From the IMG/VR virus record IMGVR_UViG_2568526230_000009: a stretch of 44,644 nt of DNA; one strand, given 5' to 3'. The position numbers were made by a program, and so were the translations under genes. Positions 10,306 through 20,922 of this stretch are shown here, one piece after another. Under the pieces are notes generated by a model. The model searched no databases. It was given only the letters and a program-made list of their open reading frames with translations, and was not told the DNA's origin. The DNA is from a virus (lineage: Duplodnaviria; Heunggongvirae; Uroviricota; Caudoviricetes). Position 1 is the first letter of the stretch; the number at the start of each line of letters is the position of its first letter.

Positions 10306-10807
10306 GTTCTGCGCCGATATCTGGTGCTATTCCGACGTATATATTTTTCAGGGTCCCCTGTGAGGGATAATCGAAAATATCTGGACCAACGCCTACAACC
10401 TGCGTGAACGACACGCACTGAACTGAATGCGAACCGACTGACTGCCCGTTTTTAATCCAGTCGCACGGTTCCGCGTCGCTGAATTTTGCCGGTTTAGTTC
10501 CGGGACCGAACATTCGCCCATTGATCCAGCTCGTCATATAGAGCGCTGCATTCTGCGATTTCAGTCCGTACTGATCAGCTGCAAATTCACGCAGCAAATA
10601 CAAATTACACGACAGCTCGACTGACTGAATTGAGCCTGGAACCGATTCGTCACTCTGTGACCAGTTGCTGATTTCCAGGAACAGAGCTGGCGTTTCAAAT
10701 CCAGCCGGAATTTCCGGATAAATTCCGAATGTTTTGATGAACGGTATTTGTAAAACCGCGCCTTTAACGCGATCAAGATATTCGTCAAATGCATCCAGTC
10801 CGCTCAT
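10271..10807 (-). CDS. Tail completion / virion protein (putative)
   Basis: 178 aa between head and baseplate genes; no specific motif recognised. Confidence 0.3.
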   Translation of the reverse strand: MSGLDAFDEYLDRVKGAVLQIPFIKTFGIYPEIPAGFETPALFLEISNWSQSDESVPGSIQSVELSCNLYLLREFAADQYGLKSQNAALYMTSWINGRMFGPGTKPAKFSDAEPCDWIKNGQSVGSHSVQCVSFTQVVGVGPDIFDYPSQGTLKNIYVGIAPDIGAEHEGDYYGPIGR

Positions 10808-11484
10808 AATCGTTTACCTGTTTTTGGGTCTACGTGGACATTACCTTTCACGCGACCGCGCAAATCTTTCTCAAAAAAGCCCATAAAAACAGGGCCAATG
10901 TTTTCAAAAATATAATCATCGATAGCATCCTCCAGCGCGTCGTGCACAGGTACGCGAGCCTCTTCGATTCCTCCGCGATCCAGTCGAATCCAGACACTTT
11001 TCGCACCGTAGCGTTTCGCTACGAATGAATCGGGCCAACTCATCATCGCCAGCCCTGCACTTTTGGGTGTAAAAGTTGCCCCTCTAGCGCCTTTTTTGGT
11101 TTTCAAAAACAGGCCGGTCTCAAGATCGCGAGGCTGTTTTTGCCTCCGTGGATTTTGTAATCGCCCCTTTAGCTCAGATACCCGGAAATCATTCAGACCG
11201 TACCAGAGCTTGGCGCTGCTCAGGTCTCCTGCCCCTTCTTTTGTAAAATTACGGCGCTTAATGAACGGCTTGATTCGTTTATCTACGGCCTTATGATTTT
11301 TAGCTGCCAGTGCAGTCAAAATCATTCCTGCTGAAATTCGGTGCATATGTTTTGCAGTTCGGTTCAGCGCCCTGTTGTATACCATTAACATTTGATGTTG
11401 CGTCGCGCTGATTTCGACTCTGAGCTGCTCCAGCGCCGAAACATCGATATCGAACATCTGCGCGTTACTACGTAAATCGGCCAC
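10804..11484 (-). CDS. Virion morphogenesis protein (putative)
   Basis: 226 aa, operon position only. Confidence 0.3.
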   Translation of the reverse strand: MADLRSNAQMFDIDVSALEQLRVEISATQHQMLMVYNRALNRTAKHMHRISAGMILTALAAKNHKAVDKRIKPFIKRRNFTKEGAGDLSSAKLWYGLNDFRVSELKGRLQNPRRQKQPRDLETGLFLKTKKGARGATFTPKSAGLAMMSWPDSFVAKRYGAKSVWIRLDRGGIEEARVPVHDALEDAIDDYIFENIGPVFMGFFEKDLRGRVKGNVHVDPKTGKRL

Positions 11485-11515
11485 GGTTCCCCCTTAAGTG
11501 GGACCGAGGTCCCAC

Positions 11516-11896
11516 TTAGTATTTTGAATACTCGCTGTTTTCGCTGGACGTGTGAGGCTCTAAAAAAATATTCGTGAGCCCTGTGCCATCAGGTTGAGGC
11601 TCTTTAACCACGTAATCGGTCCAGCCAGACCAGGTAACAGAGCCGTCAGGTTCGATGCTGCGCTGCTTTGGAACCTGGACGACGTCACGCGCAACAACGC
11701 CAGCGACGTCGTCCGAGAGCGCCGTCAGGCTCGTTACTGTACCGGTAATAAAACCAGCGTGAGGAACGTCAACGCGCGCGTAAGGCTCGTTGAAAATAGC
11801 GATAATGGGGTCGGTTTTACCGCGTAATTTAACGGGCCGTCCCCACTCACGGATCATCTCCTCGTCGCCGGCCCGGAGGTCATCGTAGTAGCTCAT
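11516..11896 (-). CDS. Head-tail joining protein (lambda FII-like, putative)
   Basis: 126 aa after the FI-like gene. Confidence 0.35.
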   Translation of the reverse strand: MSYYDDLRAGDEEMIREWGRPVKLRGKTDPIIAIFNEPYARVDVPHAGFITGTVTSLTALSDDVAGVVARDVVQVPKQRSIEPDGSVTWSGWTDYVVKEPQPDGTGLTNIFLEPHTSSENSEYSKY

Positions 11897-12312
11897 AGAG
11901 CGTAAACGTGATCAGCTGCGATAAGGTCTGCGACCTCCGGTGAATCAACAACAATTTCACGGCCTGCGGCAACAATCTCGCGAACGCGACGCCCGTTCAC
12001 GTAGTGATAAACGTCCAGCGTGTTACGCAACTTGACGCGGCGCGTAGCCGGTGCGAGCTCCTGCTCTTGTGACTGTGAAACGATAGCGCTCGCGATTGAT
12101 TGAGCGAGTTCATTATCGGTCCCGGACGCAGTATTCACTGTAATCTCGATGCCTCCCGCGTCACCGGATTGCTCGTTCAGAATATCGAGCTCTGACTCAG
12201 CGCCGGCAACGATTGATTCCAGTTCCGCAATAGTCCCGCTGCGCGGTAATTCGCGACCGAGCTGAGCGCTCAGATCGTCAATACGCGCCAGCAATTCTGT
12301 TTTTGTGCTCAT
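11893..12312 (-). CDS. DNA packaging protein (lambda FI-like)
   Basis: N-terminus MSTKTELLARIDDLSAQLGRELPRSGTIAELESIVAGAESELD resembles lambda FI as recalled. Confidence 0.45.
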   Translation of the reverse strand: MSTKTELLARIDDLSAQLGRELPRSGTIAELESIVAGAESELDILNEQSGDAGGIEITVNTASGTDNELAQSIASAIVSQSQEQELAPATRRVKLRNTLDVYHYVNGRRVREIVAAGREIVVDSPEVADLIAADHVYAL

Positions 12313-12346
12313 GTTGATTCCTTAACAAAAAAGAGCCTTTCGACTC

Positions 12347-13381
12347 TTACGCGATTTTTACGACAACGAACGCGTCGGCGTCCGTGAGGACCATTGCTGG
12401 CGCGGATTGCGTCATTGTTTGCGTCACTGCCGGATCACCGGTAGTGGTCCAGACTTTTGGATAGCGCGTCGCTTCGGAAATACCCTCTTTCAGCGCGTCT
12501 TCGTCCTGAATTGCGCCATAAGTGCGGAGCCCGCGGTTTTTTGTGTTGCCAAGGATCATCGTGTTATCCGGCATATAACGCGTTTCAGTGTCTGTTACCG
12601 GGTCGAGGTATTGCCCTTTGTAGACAAACAGCGCAGTGTCGCCGTAGTAGCCTTTAAAGCTGACAACGTCGCCCAGGTTTTTCAGCGCGACCTCGAGCTG
12701 GCTGTTTGAGCCACGGCGCGTATCCAGTGCCGTCCAGAATTTTTTAAAACGCTTCAACTGCTTCCAGGCTTTACCATCCATGATGATCACGTTAACCGCA
12801 CCGGAGGCGAGGTCCGCGTAGGATTCAATATCGTCGCTCGGGTCATACGTTTCCGCGTCCTGAGTCGACCAGGCTGTCGAACCGGACTGAGTGACGTTAT
12901 TCGTCGCGCTGCGGCTCATGTCGATCTCATAGGTCTCGATATTGCTGCCGGAAACAGTGTATTTACCGTACAGAACAGCCTGTACCGCCTGGAACTCTTA
13001 GAGCTGGCTGATGCTCAGTTCCTCATCAAGCAGGTTCTGCATGATGATTTTTGCACGACGTTCGACCGGCGTTTCCGGCTGGCCAATCTGCTCACCGGCT
13101 GCGCGCTTGATGCTCATATTCGGATTGATCGTGTGCTTGGGTTTCGTGTAACCCGGTTTGAAATGGTTCGTTGAATAGCCGCGAGTGCGGTCAACTTTGC
13201 CGGTGATCATCGGCGCGCAGTACACGGCCATGTTCACTTTTCCCGGGATTTTATCCAGAAAAACCTCTTCGCTCGTAAACGTGTAGGTCTCACGGAAAAA
13301 CAGCTTTAAAAACAACGGATTGAACTTAAATACCTGCTGTGTCGCGGTAATCAGTTCTGACGTAGTAAACGAATCGCTCAT
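12347..13381 (-). pseudogene. Major capsid protein (lambda gpE-like) interrupted by an in-frame TAA at 12998-13000
   Basis: Track ORFs 12998..13381 and 12347..12919 are in the same frame and together match the N- and C-terminal parts of lambda gpE as recalled; the stop sits where lambda has Glu. Confidence 0.7.
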
Positions 13382-13439
13382 TTATATATCCTGTTATAAA
13401 AAAACCGCCCGGAGGCGGCTTGTTTTGAGTTTTTTGCTA

Positions 13440-13769
13440 TCAGCCGACGCTGATCGGCGTACCCGCAAATGCTGATTTGCGTTTAGCTACGTCGGTAACC
13501 GTACCCCAGTTAATCGCCGTGTAACGGAACGAGCCTGATTTATAGTACGAGCAGTCTGCAGAACTGGAGCCAGTATTAACTGCGGTGGCAGTGAGGCCAA
13601 TAGCTTTACCGACTGAGCCGTCCCAAACCTTAAACGTCCCGACAGTAGCGTCGAGCATAATCGGTGTCAGCCGGGGTACGTTGATCCCGCCCTGAAAATG
13701 ACCGACGGTCGTGACAACAAGGTCAGGCCCAAGAATAAAATCGTCCGGGCTATACGTTTCTGTAGTCAT
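13440..13769 (-). CDS. Head decoration protein (lambda gpD-like)
   Basis: 109 aa; YKSGSFRY and KRKSAFAGTPISVG match lambda gpD motifs as recalled. Confidence 0.75.
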   Translation of the reverse strand: MTTETYSPDDFILGPDLVVTTVGHFQGGINVPRLTPIMLDATVGTFKVWDGSVGKAIGLTATAVNTGSSSADCSYYKSGSFRYTAINWGTVTDVAKRKSAFAGTPISVG

Positions 13770-15076
13770 TATTCATCCCCTAAAATTGAACGCCCTGCAG
13801 CAACCAGCATCGAGACGTTTGCGGTTGTTCCTGTTGCCGTAGTACTGCCAGCATCCTGAATAGTCGCTGGTGATTCAGTGCTCATTAGTGTATCGAGCGC
13901 CGTTTCTGTCCGCGCCTGCGCCGTTTTAGGTGCTGCAGCGAGGACTACCTGCGCCTGCCCGACCGTCATCCCGGGGACGCCAGCGAGCGCTTTTGCCTGC
14001 GCCTCGCGCCCAACAGCTTCGGGACAATTGATGATGGCCATCACACGCGCCAGTTCGCTTGATGCGGCGTCCGCGCGAATCTGCTCCGTGTTAAACTCAA
14101 CCTGCGCGACAGTAGTCGTGGTCGCGGTTTGTTCTGTGGTCGTGGTCTCCGCCGTGGTTTCTGTACCAGACATAAAGCGCTCCATTTTTGGTTTCAGTGC
14201 GTCGGCCATCACTGCGATAGCGTCCGCGTAATTAACGAGTTGATCAGCGAGACCAGATTTAATCGCGTCCGCGCCGATAAATACTGCAGCTTCCGTGGCC
14301 AGCACCCTGGATTTTTTCAGCCCGGTATAATCCGAGACTTTTTGCGCGAACTGCTCGCGCGTGCTGTTAATACTCAGCTGGAATTCGTCGCGAACGTCGC
14401 CTGGCAGCTGGGAATACGGGTTCCCGTCAACTTTGTGCGCGCCGGCGTAAATCAGCGTCACGTCGACGCCAGCAATCTCCAGCGCTTTTTCGACGCAGCG
14501 GTGAGCCATCAGGACACCGATTGAACCAACTGTGCCTGTCTGCGTTATCAGCCGGCGCGAACACGCTGACGCCAGCAAATAGGCAGCGCTGCAGGCCGTA
14601 TCGCTGGCCAGCGCCCACACAGGTTTTTGCTCTCGCGCCCGGGCGATTAAATCAGCAGTATCAAACGCGCCGGCGACTTCACCGCCAGGGGAGTCAATAT
14701 CAAGCAGGACCCCTCTTACATCGGGATCAGAAATCGCCTGCTGCAGGCGTTTTGCGATTCCGTTGTAACCGCTCATCCCGCTAACTGGGTTGATATAACC
14801 CAATTTATGAACCAGCGTCCCGGTAACCGGCAGAACGGCTATACCACGCTCCACGCGATACGATTTCTGGCGTGTTCGCTCGCTGCTGTCCCACCCCATC
14901 GCGAGCGCGTTCATTTCGTCGCTGTTCATTACCTCTCCAGACGCTGTATCAATCAGTCGCCCGGTACCGAACCGGTCGCTCAGCGCCGAAAAAAATACCC
15001 GCGCGTAGGTGGGCTCCAGCAAAAGCGGTTGATTGAACGCCCTGGCGGCGAGGTGCGGAAAATTGTTCCACGGCAT
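13769..15076 (-). CDS. Head maturation protease / scaffold (lambda gpC-like, S49 family)
   Basis: 435 aa with SppA-like core and a Thr-rich linker; sits between portal and decoration genes. Confidence 0.7.
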   Translation of the reverse strand: MPWNNFPHLAARAFNQPLLLEPTYARVFFSALSDRFGTGRLIDTASGEVMNSDEMNALAMGWDSSERTRQKSYRVERGIAVLPVTGTLVHKLGYINPVSGMSGYNGIAKRLQQAISDPDVRGVLLDIDSPGGEVAGAFDTADLIARAREQKPVWALASDTACSAAYLLASACSRRLITQTGTVGSIGVLMAHRCVEKALEIAGVDVTLIYAGAHKVDGNPYSQLPGDVRDEFQLSINSTREQFAQKVSDYTGLKKSRVLATEAAVFIGADAIKSGLADQLVNYADAIAVMADALKPKMERFMSGTETTAETTTTEQTATTTTVAQVEFNTEQIRADAASSELARVMAIINCPEAVGREAQAKALAGVPGMTVGQAQVVLAAAPKTAQARTETALDTLMSTESPATIQDAGSTTATGTTANVSMLVAAGRSILGDE

Positions 15077-16650
15077 CAGTTACCTCCCCAGCCGTTATCG
15101 TTGGTATTTGAGGGGTGAGATACAGACCATGACGGTTCGCTCAGCCCCATTTCACGCCGGCGCTGAATTTCGTATTCCTGCTGCTCCATAACCTCCTCGT
15201 AATCCTGTCCCTGCAGCGCCAGTTCGTTCTGATACGTGCTGAGGCCAGTTGTGATGCGCATGGCGCTCTCCTGAACCTCTTTCAGCCCATCAATCGCCAT
15301 GCGACCAGCGCCGATCCAGAGCGCGTTCGTCCAGGAGTTCCGCGCCTCATAAAACGACCGGACAGCTGAGCGTGGCAGGGTGATAATTCCGCGTGCCAGC
15401 GCCTCTTCAAACCAGCAGCAGAACATCAGCGACGCCTGTCGCGCGGCGATAAAACGTCGACGCCCCATGAAAAATCGCCAGCTGACGTTAGCACTGGCCC
15501 GGGCGCTGGAGTAACTGACCTGGCTGTAGTCCCGGCTAAGTTCTTCGTATGACGCGCCAACGCCAGCTGCAACGTAACGCAGGAGTGATTTTTCCAGTGA
15601 ACTAAAACCAGCATCAGCATTCTGAGCGGTCTGTAAACTGAGTTTGTCGCCGGGATGCAGGTGGGGAACTTTCACACCACCGAGCTTGATATTTGCGCCG
15701 TTGTAGTACGTCACGTAACTCTGAATAAACGAATTCAGCGGGTTCGAGTCGATATCAGTACCCGCGCCGGCGATATATTCAAACGCCTGCTGGCTGTCGA
15801 GCTCTGATTCGATTGTCGCGGCATACATCGCCTTCACAATGGCGCTCTGCAGTTGTGTTTGCTGCAGTGTGTCGAGCATTTTCAGGCGCTCCATGACGCT
15901 GTAAAAAATATTGTCCCCGCGGGTCTGTCCGTCCTCGAGCGGCTCGAATATGTGGATGAATGCGTGTCTGCCGCTGCTGAGCTGTGCTGGGATACGCCGG
16001 CATTTACCGACTCCGCCGAGAGGGTAAGTATCCTCGGCTATCCAGTACCCGACCGCGGCCCCGTTTTTATCGATATCAACACCGGCGCGGCGAAATTGAG
16101 TGTCAGCTGCGTAACCCGGATTTCGAATCCGTTTCGGTGAGACCATTTTGAATCGCGTCCGAAAAACGCTGCCGGCACTACTCTCCCAGACTGGTTGTAC
16201 GCAGGTTTCACCGTTGAAAGCGTGAGTAGCCACGCCCTCGCGGATCATCATTGTGAACGTCCGTTTCCGCTCGATATCAATCGTGCAGTGAGGGTCCTCG
16301 GCGTATTCAGTCCACGCTACCTCGACGTCACGCGCCAGCGCCCTGGCGTCCTCGCGAGATATGCCGAGGTAACGCCAGTTAGGGCGATAACTCAACTTAA
16401 ACAGATTGCCGACGATATGATCCTGGTGCAGCTGCACGGCGTTCGACGCGACGCCGTTATTGCGAACGAGATCGTCTGCTCGCGCGTTACCGCGATAAAA
16501 ATTCGGCAACAGTGCTGCGTCGGCGCTCTGCTGTGGTGCGTTCCAGTCAATCAGCTGGCCACCGAAACCGGGACCGCCGCCGTTATACCCCGCGTAACGG
16601 CGTAGTGGCGTTTTACCGTCAGGCCCGAGCAGCTGCTGCGGAGCAGTCAT
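15076..16650 (-). CDS. Portal protein (lambda gpB-like)
   Basis: 524 aa directly downstream of terminase/W. Confidence 0.75.
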   Translation of the reverse strand: MTAPQQLLGPDGKTPLRRYAGYNGGGPGFGGQLIDWNAPQQSADAALLPNFYRGNARADDLVRNNGVASNAVQLHQDHIVGNLFKLSYRPNWRYLGISREDARALARDVEVAWTEYAEDPHCTIDIERKRTFTMMIREGVATHAFNGETCVQPVWESSAGSVFRTRFKMVSPKRIRNPGYAADTQFRRAGVDIDKNGAAVGYWIAEDTYPLGGVGKCRRIPAQLSSGRHAFIHIFEPLEDGQTRGDNIFYSVMERLKMLDTLQQTQLQSAIVKAMYAATIESELDSQQAFEYIAGAGTDIDSNPLNSFIQSYVTYYNGANIKLGGVKVPHLHPGDKLSLQTAQNADAGFSSLEKSLLRYVAAGVGASYEELSRDYSQVSYSSARASANVSWRFFMGRRRFIAARQASLMFCCWFEEALARGIITLPRSAVRSFYEARNSWTNALWIGAGRMAIDGLKEVQESAMRITTGLSTYQNELALQGQDYEEVMEQQEYEIQRRREMGLSEPSWSVSHPSNTNDNGWGGN

Positions 16651-16880
16651 AATCGAACTCCCACGGGCCGACGGCGTCCCGTACTCAGACCGAGCTGTGA
16701 TTTCAGCTCGATAATGTACGTTCGGAGCTGCTCAATACTCGCCTGCGAGTATTGATAGCTCCGGTTATTTCCTGCTGAATCGCCGTGAGACAGCGACACG
16801 GTCGATTTACCCGTTAATAATTTGTGCAGAGCGATTTCCGCTTCCAGCAGTCGTTCTGTTAAAACCTCGCGCGACGTCAT
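16647..16880 (-). CDS. Head-tail joining protein W
   Basis: 77 aa; LHKLLTGK...YIIELKSQLG...RRRP resembles lambda gpW as recalled. Confidence 0.55.
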   Translation of the reverse strand: MTSREVLTERLLEAEIALHKLLTGKSTVSLSHGDSAGNNRSYQYSQASIEQLRTYIIELKSQLGLSTGRRRPVGVRL

Positions 16881-18841
16881 TAGCTCCCTCCGAGCATTCT
16901 GGCCATCTCCTCGAGAGACAGTTTGTTTTGTGATTTTTTCCGTTGCTCAGCGAGCGTCTCGAGATTGAGCTGGAAACGAATTTTACTGATACGCAGCGCT
17001 GCCAGTCCGTACACCCAGCAGTCGAGCGCCTCATTTCGCCGGCCCTGGTTGTCCCAACGATAAACGACGCGACCGTTAATGAGTTTCGGGATCAGAACCT
17101 CGGAGACGAGCTGTTTTGCCTCTGTCGTGCTGAATATTTCGTCGTCGTTGGGAAAATGAATCGCACCTGGTGTCGCCGATTTGGAGTCGGGTTCCAGCTG
17201 CAGGCGCATTGCGAGCAGGTCTTTCGCTGTATCTGTCCCAATCAACGACAAATACACTTTATTCGCGTTACGGGTACGAGGCATATTTACGACCGGCTGG
17301 CCGTATGAGCTCGCGCCCTTGATTGGAATGACCCACAGCGGACCGAGTTTCAGCGAGCGGTTATAAACGACCTGCGCATCTATACCACCGGTATCCCACG
17401 CCCAGCGACTGACGCCGATTGTGGTCCCGTCGCTGCGCCGGTATTGTTTGCGAATCACTCCGTCGACGCGCTGCAGCGTGTCCTCCTCGTCGTAGCGACC
17501 GAGGACGATTGTTTTATCAATCAGCCAGCACTCCTCCTCGGCTCCCCAGCCCCACACATAACACTCGTAGCGCCCGGACGTCTGAGAGTCGATGCCGCCG
17601 GTTATATAAACAACACCGTCAGGAACCTGGCTGGCGTATTTTTCCCGGCGATTAACCAGAATATCGTGCTCCAGCTGCTCGCTGGCCACGTCGCTCCAGA
17701 GTTCGCCGAGCGTCGTGTTATGAAACGTCTTTTCCTTGAGCGGGTCGCCTTTCGCTTTCAGCCACTCGCTGACAATCTCGCCCCATCCATCGAGGTTTAG
17801 TGAATACAGGGCGTTTATCACGATCGCAGCGTGTTTCGGCGCGCGAACGACGCCACCGTCATGATCAAAAAAATGAATGCCGTCTCGGGTCCAGGTGCAG
17901 TCCTCGGCTATCCAGCGCCCCCCGAACTCCATTTTTTCGAGATCGCGATAGTAAAAATGTTCCGGGCAGTGGCAGCACTGGTAATACGCGGACGACGATT
18001 TCGCCTCATTGGTCTGCAGGCTGTTATCCCATTTGAGGCCGTATTCGATACCGTCGAAACCAAATACCAGGACCTGCTCCTCGCCACAATGCGGACATGT
18101 CAGGTAAAAACGAAACGTCAGATCGGCAGCGTCTTCGAGCATTTCGATATGACTTTTGCCGGTAACGGTCGGCGTCGAACCAAAAATCGCCTTCGGGTAC
18201 GCTGCCCCTTTAATTCGAACGAGCGCCAGTTCGATGGGCGAGCCCTCGCCTTTGCCTTTTTTGGCAACTTCCAGCGGCCAGCCGTCAACTTCGTCACCCT
18301 CGACAACCTGTTTCGTTAGTCGCCGGAAATTTCCTGGTGCACTCGCGCCGCGAAAATCAAGAATCGCGCCGCTCATTTCTTTACGCTGGAGATTGTTACG
18401 CTCGTTGCTTTTATCCCAGTCGGGGAAAATTTTCTGAATCACTGGCATTTCGGCGATAGCGGGGTCAACCTCGTCGGCGACAAATCCATCCGATTCGTCA
18501 TCGATAGGCTGATAGACCACGGCACTACGTTTTTTGTGCTCAGCGAAATAGAGCAGCGCCGCGACGAGTATTTTTGTATAACCGAGACGAGCTGATTTGC
18601 GAACAGACACGATTTTTATCGCGTCGTTCGTCATCATATTGAGCATCACTACCTGGACCGGCTGAGTCGTCCAGTGCCCAGCGATGTGGCTGGAGCCCTC
18701 AGGGAGATAAAAATATTTATCAGCCCACTCAACACCCGTCATCGGTATCGTCACGCGCAAGGGATTCAACCCTGTCGAGATCGCGTTCGATATCGCTGAC
18801 ATCGTAATCGCTGAAGTCGATTCGTATGTCTGACAACTCAT
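16880..18841 (-). CDS. Terminase large subunit (lambda gpA-like)
   Basis: 653 aa, first large gene of the head operon. Confidence 0.8.
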   Translation of the reverse strand: MSCQTYESTSAITMSAISNAISTGLNPLRVTIPMTGVEWADKYFYLPEGSSHIAGHWTTQPVQVVMLNMMTNDAIKIVSVRKSARLGYTKILVAALLYFAEHKKRSAVVYQPIDDESDGFVADEVDPAIAEMPVIQKIFPDWDKSNERNNLQRKEMSGAILDFRGASAPGNFRRLTKQVVEGDEVDGWPLEVAKKGKGEGSPIELALVRIKGAAYPKAIFGSTPTVTGKSHIEMLEDAADLTFRFYLTCPHCGEEQVLVFGFDGIEYGLKWDNSLQTNEAKSSSAYYQCCHCPEHFYYRDLEKMEFGGRWIAEDCTWTRDGIHFFDHDGGVVRAPKHAAIVINALYSLNLDGWGEIVSEWLKAKGDPLKEKTFHNTTLGELWSDVASEQLEHDILVNRREKYASQVPDGVVYITGGIDSQTSGRYECYVWGWGAEEECWLIDKTIVLGRYDEEDTLQRVDGVIRKQYRRSDGTTIGVSRWAWDTGGIDAQVVYNRSLKLGPLWVIPIKGASSYGQPVVNMPRTRNANKVYLSLIGTDTAKDLLAMRLQLEPDSKSATPGAIHFPNDDEIFSTTEAKQLVSEVLIPKLINGRVVYRWDNQGRRNEALDCWVYGLAALRISKIRFQLNLETLAEQRKKSQNKLSLEEMARMLGGS

Positions 18842-19295
18842 TTAAGGCTATCGCCAGCTCCTCTCGTAATACACTGCTCGCCTCTTGCGGCATCTCCGGC
18901 CAGACCTTTTTCAGGCGTGGTGGCCACGACTCGACGCGGGTACGTAATTCAACGGCGACGCGAGATACAGCGACGCTAATTAATTCAATTGGCGCGTAGC
19001 GTTTAGCGAGAATGCGGCGTTTTACTCGTGCCATCAGGATTCGCTCCTGTCGTTCCTCATTTTTCAGCCACTGCTCGCGATTTTTTTCGGGAGAATTGTC
19101 CCCCGCTTCCGGTTCGTCATTACTAGTTGTGTCGCGTCTATTGCTCCGGAGATAACGAATATAAAAATGGCGCCATGCGTCTAGCTCCCAATCACCACGT
19201 CCTTGTGGGACTGGTGCTCCCGGAAGTTTTGCGAGATCGCGCAGACGACGATCAGATAGCAGTAAATGTGCTGCAACCTCAGCCTGACTTGCCAT
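18729..19295 (-). CDS. Terminase small subunit (Nu1-like)
   Basis: 188 aa upstream of and overlapping the large subunit. Confidence 0.55.
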   Translation of the reverse strand: MASQAEVAAHLLLSDRRLRDLAKLPGAPVPQGRGDWELDAWRHFYIRYLRSNRRDTTSNDEPEAGDNSPEKNREQWLKNEERQERILMARVKRRILAKRYAPIELISVAVSRVAVELRTRVESWPPRLKKVWPEMPQEASSVLREELAIALNELSDIRIDFSDYDVSDIERDLDRVESLARDDTDDGC

Positions 19296-19648
19296 TAAAA
19301 ATCCTCACCGGAACCGGAAATACCCAAAATGAAAAAATACTAAAAACGAGCGAGTTTTTGCGCGTCTACCGACCCTCGGTGTTTTGGATTTCGGAAAGGA
19401 CCCGCGACCAGGGGGCTATCTCCCTTTCAGGACAGGAATTAGGGGCTCGCATCAGGTTCATCAAACTCAACTGTAGCCTCGCGGCGTACTTGTTTGCATA
19501 CATCAGCTTTGTGTATCTGATTATCAGCGTAAGCTTTCACTTTGGCAGCGAGCCATCCTTTTGTGCTGTATCGATAGACTACCGAACAAGTTTTCCATAT
19601 ATGTATATATCTTGAACTTATTGATATCATTACAGAAAAACAACAACC

Positions 19649-19909
19649 ATGAGAACGCAAAAAATGAACAGAGAAAAAATTGAAGCCTTAATGAGCGTAA
19701 TATTAAAAGAAGCTGACCCAAAAAAGTTTCCTGAGAAGTTATCAGAGGACGCCATCGTATCTTTTTATCGTGCGAACTCCTCTTATCTAAATTGTTCAAC
19801 TTTAAGAGAATGGCTAAGCGGCGAAGCAGAGCCTTCAGATGAGATACTTCAGAAGATTATGGTTCAGAACAACTGGCGCGCAACAAAATGGTCAAATCAG
19901 TTACCTTAA
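19649..19909 (+). CDS. Hypothetical protein, opposite strand to flanking phage operons
   Basis: 86 aa ORF with ATG start, in AT-rich DNA between terminase and lysis genes. Confidence 0.35.
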   Translation: MRTQKMNREKIEALMSVILKEADPKKFPEKLSEDAIVSFYRANSSYLNCSTLREWLSGEAEPSDEILQKIMVQNNWRATKWSNQLP

Positions 19910-19968
19910 TCTGTTGAATGTGTGCCGCCTTAAAACAAAAAGGCGGCCTCTCGTTAAAGTAAATTACC

Positions 19969-20163
19969 CTATTTTCCACCAAGGCATGAAGCCTCTGCCC
20001 CGGTTGAATCAATACAACCACCGTTCGCAGTAGTAATCTTCGTACCCGGCGCGATCATCACGTGTTTAATACTGCTGCCGTCAGCGCGAGTCGCTTCGGT
20101 GTATGTCGAATGTGTGCAGCCTGCCAGCGTGAAGAACGCGACAGCTAAGAGAAGTTTTTTCAC
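19969..20163 (-). CDS. Small lipoprotein
   Basis: Signal peptide and lipobox (FTLAGC); 64 aa, no C-terminal TM segment. Confidence 0.5.
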   Translation of the reverse strand: MKKLLLAVAFFTLAGCTHSTYTEATRADGSSIKHVMIAPGTKITTANGGCIDSTGAEASCLGGK

Positions 20164-20170
20164 GTTTTAC

Positions 20171-20650
20171 CTACGCTTCTGAGATAGATTTCTCAGCATT
20201 CACCAATGGAAGTGATTGTGGAACATCCGTTTGACCTGCTGGCCAGCGGTAGCCTGTTACGCGGGAACGAGGAAAAGCTTTGATATTTACTTCATCTGCC
20301 TGGTTGCCCCCCAAAATCATTAAATCCCCGGCGGCATTTTTCCCGACAACAAAGCCGACGTGACCACCGCCAGACCGAGACAGAATAGCAATGCATCCAT
20401 AGGCGGGTTCCTTCAGTTCATTACCCCAATCGAGATAAGAATTCGCAGACTCAAAACGCGTTGAGCGAATACCCGCACGTTCCAGCATTGCCCCGGTGAA
20501 AGCAGCGCACCACGGTGTTTCGTCATCCTTAATGCCGCCGCGTTTGATATCTTTCCAGTACTGCACAATTTCTGCAGCATGTTGCTTCCCTTTCATTTCC
20601 CGAATGCCGAGGTTTTTTCGAGCCTCGATTAGCCATTTAGGATCCGTCAT
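20171..20650 (-). CDS. Endolysin-type cysteine peptidase (CHAP/TIGR02594-like)
   Basis: 159 aa with conserved Cys (ETPWCAAF) and His (GGGHVGFVVG); lies between holin-like and lipoprotein genes. Confidence 0.55.
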   Translation of the reverse strand: MTDPKWLIEARKNLGIREMKGKQHAAEIVQYWKDIKRGGIKDDETPWCAAFTGAMLERAGIRSTRFESANSYLDWGNELKEPAYGCIAILSRSGGGHVGFVVGKNAAGDLMILGGNQADEVNIKAFPRSRVTGYRWPAGQTDVPQSLPLVNAEKSISEA

Positions 20651-20922
20651 TACCTGTCTCCTGTTATTTTTGAAATATTCCCTCGTGCCCGCCAGACAGC
20701 AATACAGATGGTGAGGTTGAGAAAGAACTCTGCGGGATCAACCTGCGTATATTTCCCGTAAAAAATTCGTAGGGCTATCCACGCAGCAGACAGAATCGCG
20801 AGGTAAGCAGTTAGTGAGATGAAAAAACGATAGCGGCCTGTTTTTTGAAAAAACATCAACCGTAGTGCCAACATCAGACAAATAATTGCATTGGCATTGA
20901 TGAGGACAGAGTGCAGGGTCAT
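20650..20922 (-). CDS. Holin-like membrane protein
   Basis: 90 aa with hydrophobic helices; start ATG overlaps upstream stop (TAATG). Confidence 0.45.
   Translation of the reverse strand: MTLHSVLINANAIICLMLALRLMFFQKTGRYRFFISLTAYLAILSAAWIALRIFYGKYTQVDPAEFFLNLTICIAVWRARGNISKITGDR

Noticed and set aside
1466-16605. Plus-strand ORFs nested inside minus-strand structural genes (1466..1741, 2667..2876, 8477..8722, 14129..14524, 15853..16140, 16195..16605 and similar)
   Set aside because: Antisense shadow ORFs inside well-supported phage genes, without translation signals.
19296-19450. cos site upstream of the small terminase gene
   Set aside because: A CGCGGGT-containing GC-rich stretch loosely recalls lambda cosN, but cohesive ends cannot be assigned without comparison or end-sequencing.
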